Positions 1 to 9,331 of a DNA stretch of 64,000 nucleotides are shown one piece after another. Both the position numbers and the translations under genes were made by a program. Location: the NCBI GenBank assembly GCA_965195285.1, contig CBDAFS010000024.1:1-64000 (forward strand), read 5' to 3'. The stretch comes from an uncultured Aminicenantes bacterium. GTDB lineage: Bacteria > Acidobacteriota > Aminicenantia > UBA2199. The first letter of the stretch is position 1. Each line of letters starts with the position of its first letter. The notes below the pieces were generated by a model. The model saw only the letters and a list, made by a program, of their open reading frames with translations. It searched no databases and had not been told where the DNA came from.

Positions 1-176
1 TTGTATCATAACTCCTTAATTCTCTCTATTTCTGGAAATAAATAGAATGTTTCGGGTTCCAGCCTATTCCCAAAAACATTCGTGTTTTTAGGTTTTGAAA
101 AGACACCAATTTTACATTTGAATCGAACAGATGTCAAGCCAACGAATGATTGGGTTATTCCCGATGATATGCTACA

Positions 177-1070
177 ATGTCGCTTCCCATGAAACTGAAA
201 AGTACAATTTATCTGGTCATGTTTGCGGTTCTGGTGGCCATGGGTCATATTCTCCAGAAAATGGTTCTGAATTACGGGGTCAACCGTTTTGTATTTTCTT
301 TTCTTCGTATAACCTCCGGATTTGTGATCATAACCGGTCTGATTCTCTATAAGCGGTACCGACCCATTAAAGTCCTTAAAACCCATAGCCGGAATTTCAT
401 TGTGCTAGGTGTTTTTTTTTCAGGCTTTGGTATTTTGATTAAACTGTGGGGTCTGGGTTTTACCACGGCTACTAATGCGTCTTTCATCATGTCTCTATCC
501 TCTCTTTCCGCTGCTTTCTTTGCCTTTCTGTGGTTAAAGGAAAAGGCGCCTGCCCAATTCTATTGGGTGGTGTTGGCCATGATTGCCGGGGTGTATCTGG
601 TTACCACCAAGGGTAAACACCTTCTTCCGCAAAAAGGAGATCTGATTATTTTTGTTCTGGTTTTTTTAATCGGATTCATGCAGGTTTACGGCAAGCGAGT
701 ACTCAAGAATCTTTCGGTTCTGGAGACGGCCTTTGGCCGGTCTTTCTACGGGATGGTATTCCTGGGCCTGCTTATTCCCTTTTTTGCTCCCCACGGTTTT
801 TCCACGATTCCCAGTTTCAAGGTGCTGCTGATTGTTCTGGCCAATGGCATTACCTTCAGCGGCAGTATCATATTTTTCTATAAAGCACTTCAGCTTGAGG
901 GAGCCTCAAATTCGGGGGTTTTTGCTCTGCTGGTACCGGTAATCACCGCCATATTCGGTCGTTTGGTACTGGATGAGGTTCTGAATATCTATCAGATCAT
1001 CGGGGGGGTAATTATCATTGCCGGCAGTTTTTTCATCAGTCGTATGCGCATCAAACAGGCCAATTTTTAA
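177..1070 (+). CDS. DMT/EamA family transporter
   Basis: 297 aa, about 10 hydrophobic helices in two repeats; motifs TTATNASFI, WLKEK, GDL, LVPVITAIFG..L.E. Confidence 0.9.
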   Translation: MSLPMKLKSTIYLVMFAVLVAMGHILQKMVLNYGVNRFVFSFLRITSGFVIITGLILYKRYRPIKVLKTHSRNFIVLGVFFSGFGILIKLWGLGFTTATNASFIMSLSSLSAAFFAFLWLKEKAPAQFYWVVLAMIAGVYLVTTKGKHLLPQKGDLIIFVLVFLIGFMQVYGKRVLKNLSVLETAFGRSFYGMVFLGLLIPFFAPHGFSTIPSFKVLLIVLANGITFSGSIIFFYKALQLEGASNSGVFALLVPVITAIFGRLVLDEVLNIYQIIGGVIIIAGSFFISRMRIKQANF

Positions 1071-1207
1071 TATTTGTCAATCTTTGCTCTTTTTGATATG
1101 CTAAAAATGAGCGGGTGACATTTGAATCCCCGGTTATCTGTCGAGTGAATTCGATGAATATCATTTTATCTAAAAACTTAAACAACTGAATGGGTGATGG
1201 ATCCACC

Positions 1208-2050
1208 ATGAAATGGGTTGGTGCGCATGTCAGCGTGTCCGGCGGTATCGAACAGGCCCCCCTGAATGCACAGAAGATCGGGGCCAAGGCGTTCGCCCTT
1301 TTTACCAAAAATCAGCGACAATGGCATGCCAAGCCACTGACGGAGGAGAATATACGGTTATTTCAAACCCGTTGCCGGGAAGGGGGCTTCCAACCGGAAC
1401 AGATCCTGCCCCATGACAGTTACCTGATCAACCTGGGTAGCCCCGAAACCGCCATGCTGGAAAAATCCCGTGCCGCCTTTATTGACGAGATGCAGCGCTG
1501 TCATCAGCTGGGATTGAAATACCTGAACCTCCATCCCGGAAATCACAAGGACATGATGAGCGAACCCGAATGCATGAATACCATCGCGGAATCGATTAAC
1601 CTAGCGTTGGCCGCGGTACCCGAGGTCAGCGCTGTGCTCGAAAACACCGCGGGGCAGGGCAGCAGCGTGGGATACCGCTTCGAGCATCTCGCCTATATCA
1701 TTGAACGGATCCGGGATCAGAACCGAATAGGTGTCTGCTTCGATACCTGCCATGCCTTCGCATCTGGTTACGAACTGAGAGATTTTGAAAGCTACACTCA
1801 AACCATTAACGAATTTGACCGCATTATCGGATTCAGTCTACTGAAGGGGATGCACCTAAACGACGCCAAATCGAGCCACGCCAGCCGTGTCGACCGTCAT
1901 CACAGCATCGGAGAGGGTGAATTGGGTCTGGAACCATTCCGGTTCATCATGAATGACCCCCGGCTGGACGACATCCCCCTGATCCTGGAAACCATCGACG
2001 AAACCCTCTGGTCCGAGGAGATCCGCACCCTCTACGGGTTGATCGATTGA
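1208..2050 (+). CDS. nfo: Endonuclease IV (AP endonuclease family 2)
   Basis: [44 protein letters not shown] metal-binding motifs; ATG at 1208 (MKWVGAH) preferred over 1190. Confidence 0.97.
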   Translation: MKWVGAHVSVSGGIEQAPLNAQKIGAKAFALFTKNQRQWHAKPLTEENIRLFQTRCREGGFQPEQILPHDSYLINLGSPETAMLEKSRAAFIDEMQRCHQLGLKYLNLHPGNHKDMMSEPECMNTIAESINLALAAVPEVSAVLENTAGQGSSVGYRFEHLAYIIERIRDQNRIGVCFDTCHAFASGYELRDFESYTQTINEFDRIIGFSLLKGMHLNDAKSSHASRVDRHHSIGEGELGLEPFRFIMNDPRLDDIPLILETIDETLWSEEIRTLYGLID

Positions 2051-2082
2051 TCGGTATACCTGGACACCAAGCTTGCCTATAA

Positions 2083-2126
2083 TGGGATCAAATCTTTATT
2101 GATTTGCAGACGAAGATTTAACCCCA
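2083..2126. repeat. Imperfect inverted repeat TGGGATCAAATCTT...AAGATTTAACCCCA, left boundary of the accessory island
   Basis: Arms at 2083-2096 and 2113-2126; the GGGATCAAATCTT arm recurs at 3412-3424 just after the asnA stop. Confidence 0.6.
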
Positions 2127-2169
2127 TTTCATTCCTAAATTATTGGGGGCTCCTTTTTATTTTTTCCTC

Positions 2170-2198
2170 TTGACAAGCTCAATTTTATTTTATATTAT
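2170..2198 (+). promoter_or_regulatory. Sigma70 promoter of the asnA leader
   Basis: TTGACA (2170-2175), 17 nt spacer, TATTAT (2193-2198); predicted start near the ATG at 2205. Confidence 0.75.
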
Positions 2199-2204
2199 GG
2201 CGGT

Positions 2205-2294
2205 ATGTTAACCATCTACAGATCGCCTGTAGAGCCAAGTCAGTTTTCCAACAACACCAATTATTTTTATAACCGGGCGGTTCTATCCGCCTGA
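2205..2294 (+). CDS. Putative Asn-sensing leader peptide MLTIYRSPVEPSQFSNNTNYFYNRAVLSA (29 aa)
   Basis: Translated by hand; four Asn codons in 8 codons (NNTNYFYN), directly upstream of asnA; hairpins at 2215-2233 and 2275-2292. Confidence 0.6.
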   Translation: MLTIYRSPVEPSQFSNNTNYFYNRAVLSA

Positions 2295-2363
2295 AAATTC
2301 ATATAACCCAATCCATCCCTTTTATCTCAAATTTAGTAATTCCTTATCTTAAGGAGGGTTCTT

Positions 2364-3401
2364 ATGAAAGACAAACATATTATTCCCGTGGGCTATTGCC
2401 CCTTGCTTGATGTGAACCAAACCGAAAAGGCCATCAAACAGATCAAAGACTTTTTTCAAACCACCCTGGCCACAGAACTCAACCTGACCCGGGTCACCGC
2501 ACCCCTTTTTGTTGAAGCGGGTAAGGGAATCAACGATGACCTCAATGGCGTTGAAAAACCAGTCTCTTTTTCCATTCGCTCAATGAACGGCACGCAGGCA
2601 GAGATTGTACAATCCCTGGCCAAATGGAAAAGATTAACACTGTTCAGTCTGGGTGTACAATATGGCCATGGCATCTACACAGACATGAATGCCATAAGGC
2701 CGGACGAAGTGCTGGACAATATTCACTCTCTCTACGTCGATCAATGGGATTGGGAGCGGGTAATATCAGATGAGGAGCGTACTCTGGATTTTCTCATCAC
2801 TGTAGTACGAAAAATATATGAGGTGTTAAAACGAACCGAATGGCACCTCCAGTCCCTTTATCCGCAAATCAAACCTCTACTTCCGGACCATATTCAATTT
2901 ATACATGCCGAAGAACTGGCCCATCTCTATCCTCAACTTCCGCCGCCAAAAAGGGAAGATCTGATCTGCAAGGAATACGGCGCTGTTTTCATCATCGGCA
3001 TTGGTGCACCCTTAAGCGATGGCCAGCCCCATGACAGCAGGGCTCCGGATTACGATGACTGGATATCCCCCACCGGAAAGGGGAAGGGCTTGAATGGTGA
3101 TATTCTTGTCTGGTACCCACTGCTTAACCGTGCCATGGAAATCTCCTCAATGGGGATCAGGGTTAATGCAGAATCACTGGAAAAACAACTGGAATTTACC
3201 CAAACAACCGAACGTAGAAACTTCTACTTCCACCAGAAACTTCTCGCTGGAGATTTACCTGATTCCATAGGCGGTGGAATCGGACAGTCCAGGTTGTGCA
3301 TCTTCTTCTTACGCAAGGCCCATATTGGAGAGATCCAGGTGAGTCTCTGGCCTATGGAAACGATTGCAGAATTTAAAAAACACAATGTGACCATACTCTG
3401 A
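2364..3401 (+). CDS. asnA: Aspartate--ammonia ligase (asparagine synthetase A)
   Basis: EIVQSLAKWKR, MNAIRPDE, HSLYVDQWDWE, RAPDYDDW, LNGDI, SSMGIRV, SIGGGIGQSR; SD AAGGAGG. Confidence 0.98.
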   Translation: MKDKHIIPVGYCPLLDVNQTEKAIKQIKDFFQTTLATELNLTRVTAPLFVEAGKGINDDLNGVEKPVSFSIRSMNGTQAEIVQSLAKWKRLTLFSLGVQYGHGIYTDMNAIRPDEVLDNIHSLYVDQWDWERVISDEERTLDFLITVVRKIYEVLKRTEWHLQSLYPQIKPLLPDHIQFIHAEELAHLYPQLPPPKREDLICKEYGAVFIIGIGAPLSDGQPHDSRAPDYDDWISPTGKGKGLNGDILVWYPLLNRAMEISSMGIRVNAESLEKQLEFTQTTERRNFYFHQKLLAGDLPDSIGGGIGQSRLCIFFLRKAHIGEIQVSLWPMETIAEFKKHNVTIL

Positions 3402-3524
3402 AAATAATAAAGGGATCAAATCTTCGTATTACTGTTACTTTTTCTTTATGATTGTATGTAAACGAGACTTTATTTTGGATATTGCCACATCCCATCCCTT
3501 TTTTAAAAAAATTAATAAATTAAC

Positions 3525-3964
3525 AATCCGTCCCCAGATATAGAAAAAACATCCTGTTTAATAAATGGGATGTGTCCCTATTTAATTTTTATAGGTGCAT
3601 TAATTTATTTTCATTATCGATCTTTATCTTATTTGGATTTTCTTTATCTTCATCCCATTTTGATGAATTATTCCTTACAATTCGGGGGACACCATACTTA
3701 ACTTTTCAAATATGGCTTATCCAAGGACATTATAATCGAATAATTTGGTATGATGTCCCTATAATTTATAAACAATAGAAAAAAATCAAAATTCCAAAAG
3801 ACCGTCCCCAACCCTTGTTTCGAATTTCGGATTTAGTGCTTCGAATTTAGTCTTATCTTAATGCCATTCGTCGCTGTCCCTATTTTTTTTAAATTGGAGA
3901 ATCAATACTTAAAAGACCGTCCTCTTTTCGGTTTTCAGTTGCAACGTTTCAACCTACCGTCCCC
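3525..3964. repeat. Cluster of stacked GTCCC(C) end motifs and re-used blocks
   Basis: CCGTCCCC 3528-3535, GTGTCCC 3572-3578, AAAGACCGTCCCC 3797-3809, GCTGTCCC near 3873-3880, AACCTACCGTCCCC 3951-3964; blocks duplicated at 7174, 9159, 9251, 10677, 10787. Confidence 0.75.
3677..3767. repeat. About 90-bp MITE-like element with terminal inverted repeats (AATTCGGGGGACACCATAC / GTATGATGTCCCTATAATT), copy 1
   Basis: Near-identical second copy at 10677-10766. Confidence 0.75.
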
Positions 3965-3973
3965 AACCCTGCA

Positions 3974-4002
3974 TTGACATAAAATTATTTCCCCTCTAAA
4001 AT
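3974..4002 (+). promoter_or_regulatory. Sigma70 promoter of the terpenoid gene pair
   Basis: TTGACA (3974-3979), 17 nt, TAAAAT (3997-4002), about 10 nt inside the CCGTCCCC junction. Confidence 0.65.
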
Positions 4003-4063
4003 ATCATTTCAGGAAAAACGAATTTTCCTATGTTGTTTACGGTTATGGAGATAGCCAAATGAT

Positions 4064-6304
4064 TTGATAAAAAGCCTATACATGGAAAAGACGGTAAAAA
4101 AAATTTACGGCAAAAATAAAAGCGCAATTGTTTTTCCCCGCGATTACAGTGTCCACCCAGAAACTGAAAGTGAGTCGTGGTATACTTTTGCCTTTTTGGA
4201 TAACCGTTATACATTCATAAGCTACTTTTGGCGCTTTAGGGCAAAGAGATGGAGGGAGGACGGCCTCATTTGTATATATGCCCTTACTGAGATAGACGGC
4301 ACGAAGCGATGGAATGCGTCTTTGATCAATAAAAAAATGCTGTCTATGACAAGGGATATGCTGAAAAGGATAACCGTTAAGCACAAGGATATCATTGTAG
4401 AAGCTTTTCTTGAAGTTACAGATGACAACACAGTCTTTGCGCCGTATCGCTTGGCAAAAGAGGCGTATTGTGCGTCAACGGGGAATCATCCGGTAGATAT
4501 GAGAGTGGGTCCCTGCCAATTTTTGCATGATGCCGAAAACAAGTCTCTTCACATACGCATAAAGGATCGTGAATTACAGGGCGATATAAATCTTGATATA
4601 TCGGGCAACTGCCTGCCAATGGCAGAAAACGGATCGTTTGAAATCGGAGGCAGGAAAATTCAGGGATATAGCCATCCGCAGGTAAAAGCTACGGGGACGA
4701 TAACCACCGGAGACCACAGCCGGCAATTTTCAGGAAAGGCATGGTGCGATCATCAATGGGGTGAATGGTTCTTTTATGATTTTAATAAGAAATATTACCA
4801 CCCGATGAGAAACTATTTCGGTATTTTTTTCGACGGCAATAAAAACATTGTCCTATGCCAGGATAAAAAACCAGCCAAGGGAGGATTTAAGAAAGAATTA
4901 GTATACGGGCTCCTCCTTAATAATAATGGATCATCCAAACTTATTAACAAAGTAAATATAAAATGTAAGGATTATGAAGAGAGCCTGCGGACAAACAACC
5001 TTTACGAATATGGCTGGCTAATCGATCTGCCGGAATTTAACTATAGCTTTGAAGTAACACCTTTTCATCCCGATCACGAGATATTCACGCTTACTCGGCA
5101 ACGTGGAGTGATGGAACTTGGCTGCCGTGTAAAAGGAAACCTGGACGGAGTAAAATGCGAGGGGGTTGCTTTTGCGGAGATTTACGGAGAGGTGCTTGAC
5201 ATCAATGATTTTTTCTGGGGGCAGAAGAAAACAAATCTTTCCAGACAGCTTGGAAAATTTATGCCTCGTAGCTACGACCAGGATTGGTTTAAAAAGATCT
5301 GCGGAATGAATAGGCCGCTGATAGCTGACAAAAGTGCCCTTACCCACGCAATTATAGATCCTATCTGGTCTATGATGGATCGCGGAGGTAAAGGATGGCG
5401 TGCCGCCTGGCTTATAACTTGTTGCTATGCATTGGGCCTTAATAAGTTTGTACGGGAATTACGCAGCTTTATGCCGATTAGCGAGTTGATTCATACCGGC
5501 AGCCTTGTTATAGATGATATTCAGGATATGTCAGAATTACGGAGAGGCAAGCCGACATTGCATAGATTGATAGGAACGGATCTGGCCATCAATGTAGGCA
5601 ATATCCTATATTTCTTGCCGTACATCATAATAAAAGAAGCTTCCTGGCTTACCGAGGCCCAGAGATTAGAGATATATAACATTATAACGAATGCCATGCG
5701 CCAAGGGCATATCGGGCAGGCCATGGATTTAATGTCCTCGAAGGGGCGTTATGATTTCGAAAACAAGGCCGCTATGTTTGATAAAACACGGGAAGAGCTG
5801 GTAGAGCAGTACAGGCTTAAATCAGGGTGCCAGCTTCATGCGATCGCAGAGATAGCGGGGGCGATTACTCTCTCTCCAAAATCTCTTGTTGAACCTCTGG
5901 CTTCATATTCATCTACCTTTGGCGTTGTTTTCCAGATAGTGGATGACCTTATAGATATTCAAGAATCCAAGGACAAGTTAGGAAAAGAAGAGAAAGAGGA
6001 TATACGAAACTGCAAGCTTAATATGGTGCTTCTTTATGCCTTATCGGAAATGAACGGCCCTAAACGAGCATCTTTCATAGAACTCATTTTAAATGCAAAT
6101 AACAAGAAAGACAATGACCGCATATCAGAGATTATTCACGGCACAGATGCCATAGACAGATGTATTGCCTTTGCCGAAAAGATGATTGAAGATGCATGGA
6201 AGGGCGTGAGCAATTTTCCCGCTACGGATGCGAAAGTGGCCATGAGAGCAATTCCCAGATGGCTTATCAATCAACGTAAAGAGAAAGCGGCATTAAGCTC
6301 ATAA
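4064..6304 (+). CDS. Fusion: CrtC/AttH lipocalin-like domain plus trans-isoprenyl diphosphate synthase
   Basis: N-half: FPRDYSVHP..ESWY, GKAWCDHQWG, C-terminal G..G.AFAEIYG. C-half: GGKGWR, FARM HTGSLVIDDIQD..LRRGKPT, GQAMDL, SARM FQIVDDLID. True start may be the ATG at 4082. Confidence 0.85.
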   Translation: MIKSLYMEKTVKKIYGKNKSAIVFPRDYSVHPETESESWYTFAFLDNRYTFISYFWRFRAKRWREDGLICIYALTEIDGTKRWNASLINKKMLSMTRDMLKRITVKHKDIIVEAFLEVTDDNTVFAPYRLAKEAYCASTGNHPVDMRVGPCQFLHDAENKSLHIRIKDRELQGDINLDISGNCLPMAENGSFEIGGRKIQGYSHPQVKATGTITTGDHSRQFSGKAWCDHQWGEWFFYDFNKKYYHPMRNYFGIFFDGNKNIVLCQDKKPAKGGFKKELVYGLLLNNNGSSKLINKVNIKCKDYEESLRTNNLYEYGWLIDLPEFNYSFEVTPFHPDHEIFTLTRQRGVMELGCRVKGNLDGVKCEGVAFAEIYGEVLDINDFFWGQKKTNLSRQLGKFMPRSYDQDWFKKICGMNRPLIADKSALTHAIIDPIWSMMDRGGKGWRAAWLITCCYALGLNKFVRELRSFMPISELIHTGSLVIDDIQDMSELRRGKPTLHRLIGTDLAINVGNILYFLPYIIIKEASWLTEAQRLEIYNIITNAMRQGHIGQAMDLMSSKGRYDFENKAAMFDKTREELVEQYRLKSGCQLHAIAEIAGAITLSPKSLVEPLASYSSTFGVVFQIVDDLIDIQESKDKLGKEEKEDIRNCKLNMVLLYALSEMNGPKRASFIELILNANNKKDNDRISEIIHGTDAIDRCIAFAEKMIEDAWKGVSNFPATDAKVAMRAIPRWLINQRKEKAALSS

Positions 6305-7011
6305 TGATTCAGTTTATAACGCACTATATTTATTTAACGTTAAGCCTTGTGCTTCTTTTAACGGCAGCAATAGGATATGGCCTTTTAGCGGATCAGCGAC
6401 GTGCAATGATGATTTCCGCGCTTATGTCCGCACCCTGGGCGTTTGCCTCAATTGTATTTGTTCCGGATTATTGGAATCCAGTAAGGATTGCATGTTTTCT
6501 GACTGGTCCGGAAGATATTATTTTCTCTTTCGCAAACGGTGTGATCGTCTGGGCGGTCGCAGTTCTACCATTAAGAGGGAAGATCGCAATTAACATAAAC
6601 TTGCGCCGTATGCTGAAAAGGGCCTGCCTGCTTTCATTATTGGGTTTTGTTATTACGATGTCATTATGGTTTTTTGGGCTAAAGATAATAACGGCTGTAG
6701 TTATTAGCGTGAGCGTTACCACGGCTCTGCTTTTCTTTTGGCTATGCCGCGATTTTAGAATTTTATGCGTATGGGGAGCTATAGGGTTTACGATTTTATA
6801 TGGTATTTTGATATGTATGGGCATAATGTTTTTTCCGCATTTTTTAAAACAGTGGAATCTGGCGAATCTATCCGGTATACTGATATTTAATGTACCTATA
6901 GAAGAATTTATCTGGGCATTTGTATTCGGAGCTTGTTGGCCGCTCTACATAGCGTATATACTTGACGCGAAAAGAACTGATAATATCTTGGGTGTCAGGT
7001 CTAAAGAATAA
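6304..7011 (+). CDS. Membrane protein with tandem lycopene cyclase (CrtYc/d, CarR-type) domains
   Basis: About 7 TM helices; two repeats YWNP...GPEDIIFSF and WNL..LSGILIFNVPIEEFIWAF (PIEE motif); TAATG stop/start overlap with upstream gene. Confidence 0.75.
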   Translation: MIQFITHYIYLTLSLVLLLTAAIGYGLLADQRRAMMISALMSAPWAFASIVFVPDYWNPVRIACFLTGPEDIIFSFANGVIVWAVAVLPLRGKIAININLRRMLKRACLLSLLGFVITMSLWFFGLKIITAVVISVSVTTALLFFWLCRDFRILCVWGAIGFTILYGILICMGIMFFPHFLKQWNLANLSGILIFNVPIEEFIWAFVFGACWPLYIAYILDAKRTDNILGVRSKE

Positions 7012-7457
7012 AGACGATTAGGGACGGTCGTTGCTTTCTTGATTTCTTCAAACATTTCCTTAACCGAATAGAGAGGGAGGATTGGATTATTCATTCCCTT
7101 GCGTGGGTAAAATCAACAAAATTGGGGACGGTGGGTGCAAATTTCCAGGTTTGAATATACTATTCCCATTCCTTTTAAATTGGAGAATCAATACTTCAAA
7201 GGACCGTTCCCTTTTTTTCTCATATTCACCCCATCTCCCTACAAAACACTTCGGGTTTTACACACTGTCAATGATTTGAAATGCTCGTTGGTGCAATCAA
7301 GCACCGTTCTCCCTCTTTTATATAATGCTAAAATGAAAGACCTGACCCTCTTAATTCAGAGATATTTTGTTGTGGATCATTGGGAGATCAAACACGATTT
7401 CCCAAAATAAAAAAAATTAGTCTACCTGATTGACATTAACCTTCTAATGGGCGTCCC
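6990..7457. repeat. Second cluster of GGGAC/GTCCC and GACCTGACCC motifs
   Basis: GGGTGTCAGGTCT 6990-7002, TAGGGACGGTC 7019, GGGGACGGTGG 7124, GGACCGTTCCC 7201, AAAGACCTGACCCT 7336-7349, AATGGGCGTCCC 7446-7457. Confidence 0.7.
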
Positions 7458-7476
7458 TTTTATCTTTAGTCCCGGC

Positions 7477-8361
7477 TTAAATTGTGATTACTGCTCCGAT
7501 CTTCCACACACTTCTTTCCCGAAAAGCAGGAATTGTCTGTCTTCGTGCAAGGTTGATCAGTGAGTTTAGAGATTTTTCACTTGATTTTGCATATTCCGAA
7601 AGAGTGATGATTGATTCACCCTTAAGATATGAAATCCGTTTATGTAACGATTCAAATGATGCAAGTACGATAATTTTCTCCATAGTTTTTGTGTTTTTGG
7701 AATCATTGTATTCACGAAATGATTGATAGTAAATCTTCTTTTCCTTATCTCTGATTATTAAATTCGGGAATCCGAGCTTATTTAGCTGAAAATTAACAAT
7801 AACTCTTCCTATTCTCCCATTTCCATCTAAAAAAGGGTGGATTGTTTCAAAATCCAGATGAAATTTTGCAATTTTATCTATCGGGTAATCATCAATATTA
7901 CTTTCATACTCCGATAAAATAGCATCAACCATTCTTTCGACATGTTCCGGAGGTGGTGCAATATGTGAACCGACACGGACATATTCGTTTTTCGTTCTAA
8001 AGCGTCCTGCAATATTATCATTGATATTTTCTATTAGCATCTTGTGAACCAGAAGTATTGTTTCTGACGTTAAGGATAGCTCGTTTTTTTTAAGTTCAAA
8101 ATATTCCATCACGCGGGCAAGATTTTTAGCTTCAAAGATCTCCCGGACAGAAACATTTCGGGACACTTCTTTGTTAAGAAGGATTTTTTCCGTTTCCTTA
8201 AGGGTAAGAGTTGAATTTTCTATTGCATTCGAATTGAATACACTCTCTGAAAGTTCCGCTTCGTTAATAATTTTAAGCAGTGATTCTTTCCCTGTGGAAA
8301 ATCGATTGTATTCAGTTCCCAATATTTTTATTCTTTCTCTTATATGATTGGAAGTTGTCAT
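7477..8361 (-). CDS. Class II Fic (AMPylase) protein with C-terminal HTH-like domain
   Basis: Canonical HPFLDGNGRIGR; N-terminal inhibitory motif SNAIEN; C-terminal ITLSEYAK...LINLARRQTIPAFR...W. Confidence 0.93.
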   Translation of the reverse strand: MTTSNHIRERIKILGTEYNRFSTGKESLLKIINEAELSESVFNSNAIENSTLTLKETEKILLNKEVSRNVSVREIFEAKNLARVMEYFELKKNELSLTSETILLVHKMLIENINDNIAGRFRTKNEYVRVGSHIAPPPEHVERMVDAILSEYESNIDDYPIDKIAKFHLDFETIHPFLDGNGRIGRVIVNFQLNKLGFPNLIIRDKEKKIYYQSFREYNDSKNTKTMEKIIVLASFESLHKRISYLKGESIITLSEYAKSSEKSLNSLINLARRQTIPAFRERSVWKIGAVITI

Positions 8362-8367
8362 GAATAT

Positions 8368-8435
8368 ACTGTACTATATTAACGCTATTTTGTCAAATAT
8401 TCGTTAATATGTTCGATTTTACAACCATATTAACG
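8368..8435 (-). promoter_or_regulatory. fic promoter with three ATATTAACG operator-like boxes
   Basis: Minus-strand TTGACA (8396-8391), 17 nt, TACAGT (8373-8368); 9-mer at 8376-8384, inverted at 8402-8410, direct at 8427-8435. Confidence 0.6.
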
Positions 8436-8492
8436 GTTTTTCAGATTTGTTCGATATTCTTCTTTTTCCTTTTCACTTGTTACTCTGACTCT

Positions 8493-8518
8493 GGGCAGGA
8501 GTAAACCCAGCCCCTACA
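8493..8518 (-). repeat. GTAG-family REP-like hairpin
   Basis: Minus strand reads TGTAGGGGCTGGGTTTACTCCTGCCC: GTAG tetranucleotide followed by an imperfect GGGC...GCCC stem. Confidence 0.6.
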
Positions 8519-8640
8519 ACCTCTGTCCTGTTTTGACATTTCAACGTTTCAACACTTCAACTTCTAAACTCAGCACTCAAAACTTCTGAAATGTGTCAAC
8601 TTTTAAAAAGTTTTCAAGATTTCAGCAACCGTCCACTTTT

Positions 8641-8806
8641 TCTGCCTTCCAGATGGTTGAAACTGTCGGCCTCTCCAACGACGACGATTTCGGGGCTTAT
8701 AGCATTCACTCTCGTCATTAAATGCCACTTAGATAACGGGCTGCTGGCCAGGCTTTGCCCGTGAGGGATTTTAACCCTCTGGATAACACCAGCTTACTTG
8801 GTGCAC
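8641..8806 (-). mobile_element. Degenerate 5' (domain I) fragment of a group II intron
   Basis: Minus strand begins GTGCACCAAGTAAGCTGGTGTTATCCAGAGGGTTAAAATCCCTCACGGGCAAAGCCTGGCCAGCAGCCC and ends ...GCCGAC...GGAAGGCAG, resembling bacterial group II intron 5' ends; no RT ORF or domain V nearby. Confidence 0.6.
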
Positions 8807-8892
8807 TCAAGCACCGATACACTATTTACACTTTTTTATCTTAAGGAAAAAAATGAGGTATATAAATACAAGAATACAAGCACCGTCACCCC

Positions 8893-9080
8893 TTTTTTAT
8901 TCAGTAACCAATTGTACAACCGTTCAATTCATTTTTGATTATTTAGATCTTGGGACACAATTCATTTGGACGTTTAATGGCAATGCTACCTCTGACACCA
9001 ATATGAGCGGTACAGGCAGCTACTATAATGACTGGAGTGGTACCACATTGAGTCTTACCTGGACAGCCACAAAAACTTAA
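8893..9080 (+). pseudogene. 3' fragment of a secreted beta-strand-rich protein gene
   Basis: Protein-like C-terminus (WTFNGNATSDTNMSGTG...TWTATKT*) starts right after the CAAGCACCGTCACCCC junction (8877-8892); no credible native start. Confidence 0.4.
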
Positions 9081-9106
9081 TATATTCAAGCTTTTTCAGG
9101 TTTCAA

Positions 9107-9326
9107 TGCGCCATCCCCACTCCCTTTTCTACACTTATTCGCACCGAGTACGGTTTTTTTTAAATTGAAGAATCAATACTTCAAAGGACCGTCCCTCTTT
9201 TTTTCTTTTTTAATAATTTTAAAAAATTAAAACCCCGTCCCCGGATTTTACAGTTGCAACGTTTCAACCTACCGTTCCCATTTTTTTGTTTAGCGTACCT
9301 TTTTGTCCGAATCGTGAGTTGACCCC
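9107..9326. repeat. Third cluster of GTCCC/GACCCC motifs
   Basis: AAAGGACCGTCCCT 9183-9196, CCGTCCCC 9235-9242, 25-bp block 9251-9275 identical to 3936-3960, GAGTTGACCCC 9316-9326. Confidence 0.7.
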
Positions 9327-9331
9327 AACTA

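Noticed and set aside
2200-2363. T-box riboswitch upstream of asnA
   Set aside because: No GGTGGNACCGCG T-box sequence, no specifier stem and no intrinsic terminator
3572-3778. 68-aa ORF; likewise 7082-7279 and 7135-7410
   Set aside because: They run across repeat stubs, lack SD and protein-like composition; probably chance ORFs
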